This document shows, in pieces, positions 62,270 through 64,000 of a stretch of DNA of 64,000 bases. The position numbers and the translations under genes are program-made. Numbering within the stretch: the first letter of the stretch is position 1; each line of letters opens with the position of its first letter. The stretch is taken from NCBI GenBank assembly GCA_010909165.1, contig MU008215.1, forward strand, positions 124,001 through 188,000. Direction: 5' to 3'. This DNA is from Anthoceros angustus. Lineage: Eukaryota > Plantae > Anthocerotophyta. A model generated the notes under the pieces. It was not told where the DNA came from, made no database searches, and saw only the letters and a program-made list of their open reading frames with translations.

Positions 62270-64000
62270 CTCTTGAAAATTTGCCGATGTTGAAGCAAAG
62301 GAGTTCTTGAAGTCAAAGGACTTGGATGCTATCGGAAGGATTCCTGATATGCAACGAAGATGCATGCGTCGGTGGCGAGCCAAAGGCACTATTTGCATAG
62401 ACATTCCATGCGATGTATCATTTGAACTACGGTCGAGGCATCAACGGTTCCTTGAAATGCCTATCGGCTCAAGGTATTCAAGTTGAAGAGGAGAACTAGA
62501 TGAAGGTACGTCGTGCAAACTCGTGAAATCGATTGCATTCAAAGGCTCTTGTGAACATGATTCCGGATGTGTGTTATTCGTCTGCAGTGCACGGCCTCCA
62601 CCACTTCGACGCGATAATCGCATCCATTCCAAAGACACCGCCGTTTCAAGATGTTGGATTCCATTCACGGAAGTCCTTCTCCGCCAGACAGCTCGCCGTA
62701 CATCCCGCCATCCGCAAGACTACTCCTCCGGAAGTGCTCCACGGACGACATGGTCGGATATGGCCGCCTGCTGGGGTGAATGCCAACTCGGTTTTGCACG
62801 GTTGTATCTAGAAGATACTGCTTCCACTGCCCGGGCCCAAAGACGTCGGTGGAACTGTGGAGGAAGAGGACTCGGATGATGTGCATTTGAACATCCACCT
62901 CCAAAGGCGCATATACAATTTGAAGCCCGGTCCGAATCATTTATCGAGCATGGCGGACCACCACGTAGACGCCAAGTAGACGGCAATCTAAAGTGCCCGA
63001 GATGAAATGTGAAGAGGTTCAGATAACCGTGATTTTCGCAAAACTGTGGTAGACAATGCTTGAGGACAATAGGGAAGGCAACCTTCGAGATTTGAGGTAT
63101 CGGTTCCTTAGAATGTGCGGGCAGGAGGAGATGCACCTACAATCCCTTTTGATGTCGATTATGAGGCGATGGAAGGGTTAGGGTAGACTCGTTTCTGGAC
63201 GAGGAAAAGTGTATTGTTGTAGAGGCCTTGACGCGTTTATGTGTCTAGCGGGTACGAAGAAGAAAGCGAGCGATCGGAACATTGCGTGGTCCGCCTTCCG
63301 ACGAAGGCGATGAATCAAGATGTCGCAATGCCCGCGTGGATGAACCAAGCTTATGCTTATTGCCGAGAGAATGCCAAACATTGAAGTGTATCACCCCGAC
63401 TCTTACTCAAAAGGCGAGGTGTTTCAAGAATACAAGCAACATATGCGTGGTCCAAGAAGATCTGTTTCTCATTCCTACTTTTGTCGACTTTGGGCTACGA
63501 CTTTCACAGGTGAAAATTCAAGAGCAATCGGTTTGCCTTGTGCACAACTGCGATTACCTCAAACGAAATATAAAGAGCGAGAAAACAGAGAAAACAAGGT
63601 GAGGCTTGATGTGAAATTGTGTTTTGGCAATGTTGGGGGATGCGCGCCGGCCACCGCGCCAGGTAGGCGCCGGCCACCGCGCCGACGGCCGGCCACGGCG
63701 CACAATATGGCCGGGCCGAGGAGTGTAGTTTGTGACCCACCGGCGACTCAGATGCTATTCCTTCCCGAGCGCGCTTTATTCCTCAACGTTGTTTGGGTGA
63801 TTATTTTGCGAAGCATTTGAACGATCCGAGGCGATGCGCCCATCAAGTCCGAGAGAAAATGCATCAAGCACCGTGAAATGTTATGGAGACCCAAAGTATA
63901 TCGGGATATCCATCGACGGATGGACCAATGAAGACACAGCTTCCACATTTCACGCGTTTACCCAAGGACCCGGATGTAGGTTTGATCGACCATGTTGTGG
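62270..64000 (+). CDS. DUF7869/Sola1-like transposase of S2, N-terminal half (5' end approximate)
   Basis: MPN..VYHP..YSKGEVFQEY..SHSYFCRLW..F; CTTCDYLK; GT-AG intron ~63599-63813; PKYIGISIDGMDQ.KTQLPHFTRLPKD (63890-63968). Confidence 0.82.

Larger units (their letters stand above)
57820..64000. mobile_element. DNA transposon S2: second DUF7869/Sola1-like element with a ParB-MTase gene, extends beyond the window; left end approximate
   Basis: Same divergent two-gene layout as S1 in mirror orientation, with peptide homology to both S1 genes. Confidence 0.8.

Noticed and set aside
1-64000. Host protein-coding genes, tRNA or rRNA genes
   Set aside because: None recognised; all identifiable coding sequence belongs to transposable elements, and the PBS motifs are only tRNA complements.

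Overview
A eukaryotic, gene-free nest of transposable elements, most likely from a streptophyte (charophyte alga or non-seed plant; inferred from the TE types, not proven). Most coding regions are frameshifted, which looks at least partly like long-read consensus error. Left part (1-24 kb): a Copia pol fragment hosts a full-length Copia (A, 2029-23920, 190-bp LTRs, TSD AGGAC). A in turn contains a 1.3-kb (CACGAT)n expansion, a second full Copia (B, 7883-15184, TSD AAACT) and a CACTA-like TIR element (C). Middle (24.4-35.1 kb): two related GC-rich unclassified elements facing each other as an imperfect inverted repeat. Right part (35-64 kb): a minus-strand Copia (E) is interrupted by a 10.3-kb DNA transposon (S1, 37750-48039; about 30-bp TIRs, 4-bp TSD AGAA; removing it restores the Copia reading frame). 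S1 carries two divergent genes: a DUF7869/Sola1-like DD(D) transposase and a ParB-like + beta-class amino (N6A/N4C) DNA methyltransferase. A diverged second element with the same two-gene layout (S2) starts near 57.8 kb and runs off the window. Between S1 and S2 lie another CACTA-like end and a Ty3/Gypsy element with a C5-cytosine methyltransferase domain between protease and RT. Main candidate novel system: a cut-and-paste transposon family carrying its own ParB-amino-methyltransferase, next to a DNMT-bearing Gypsy.
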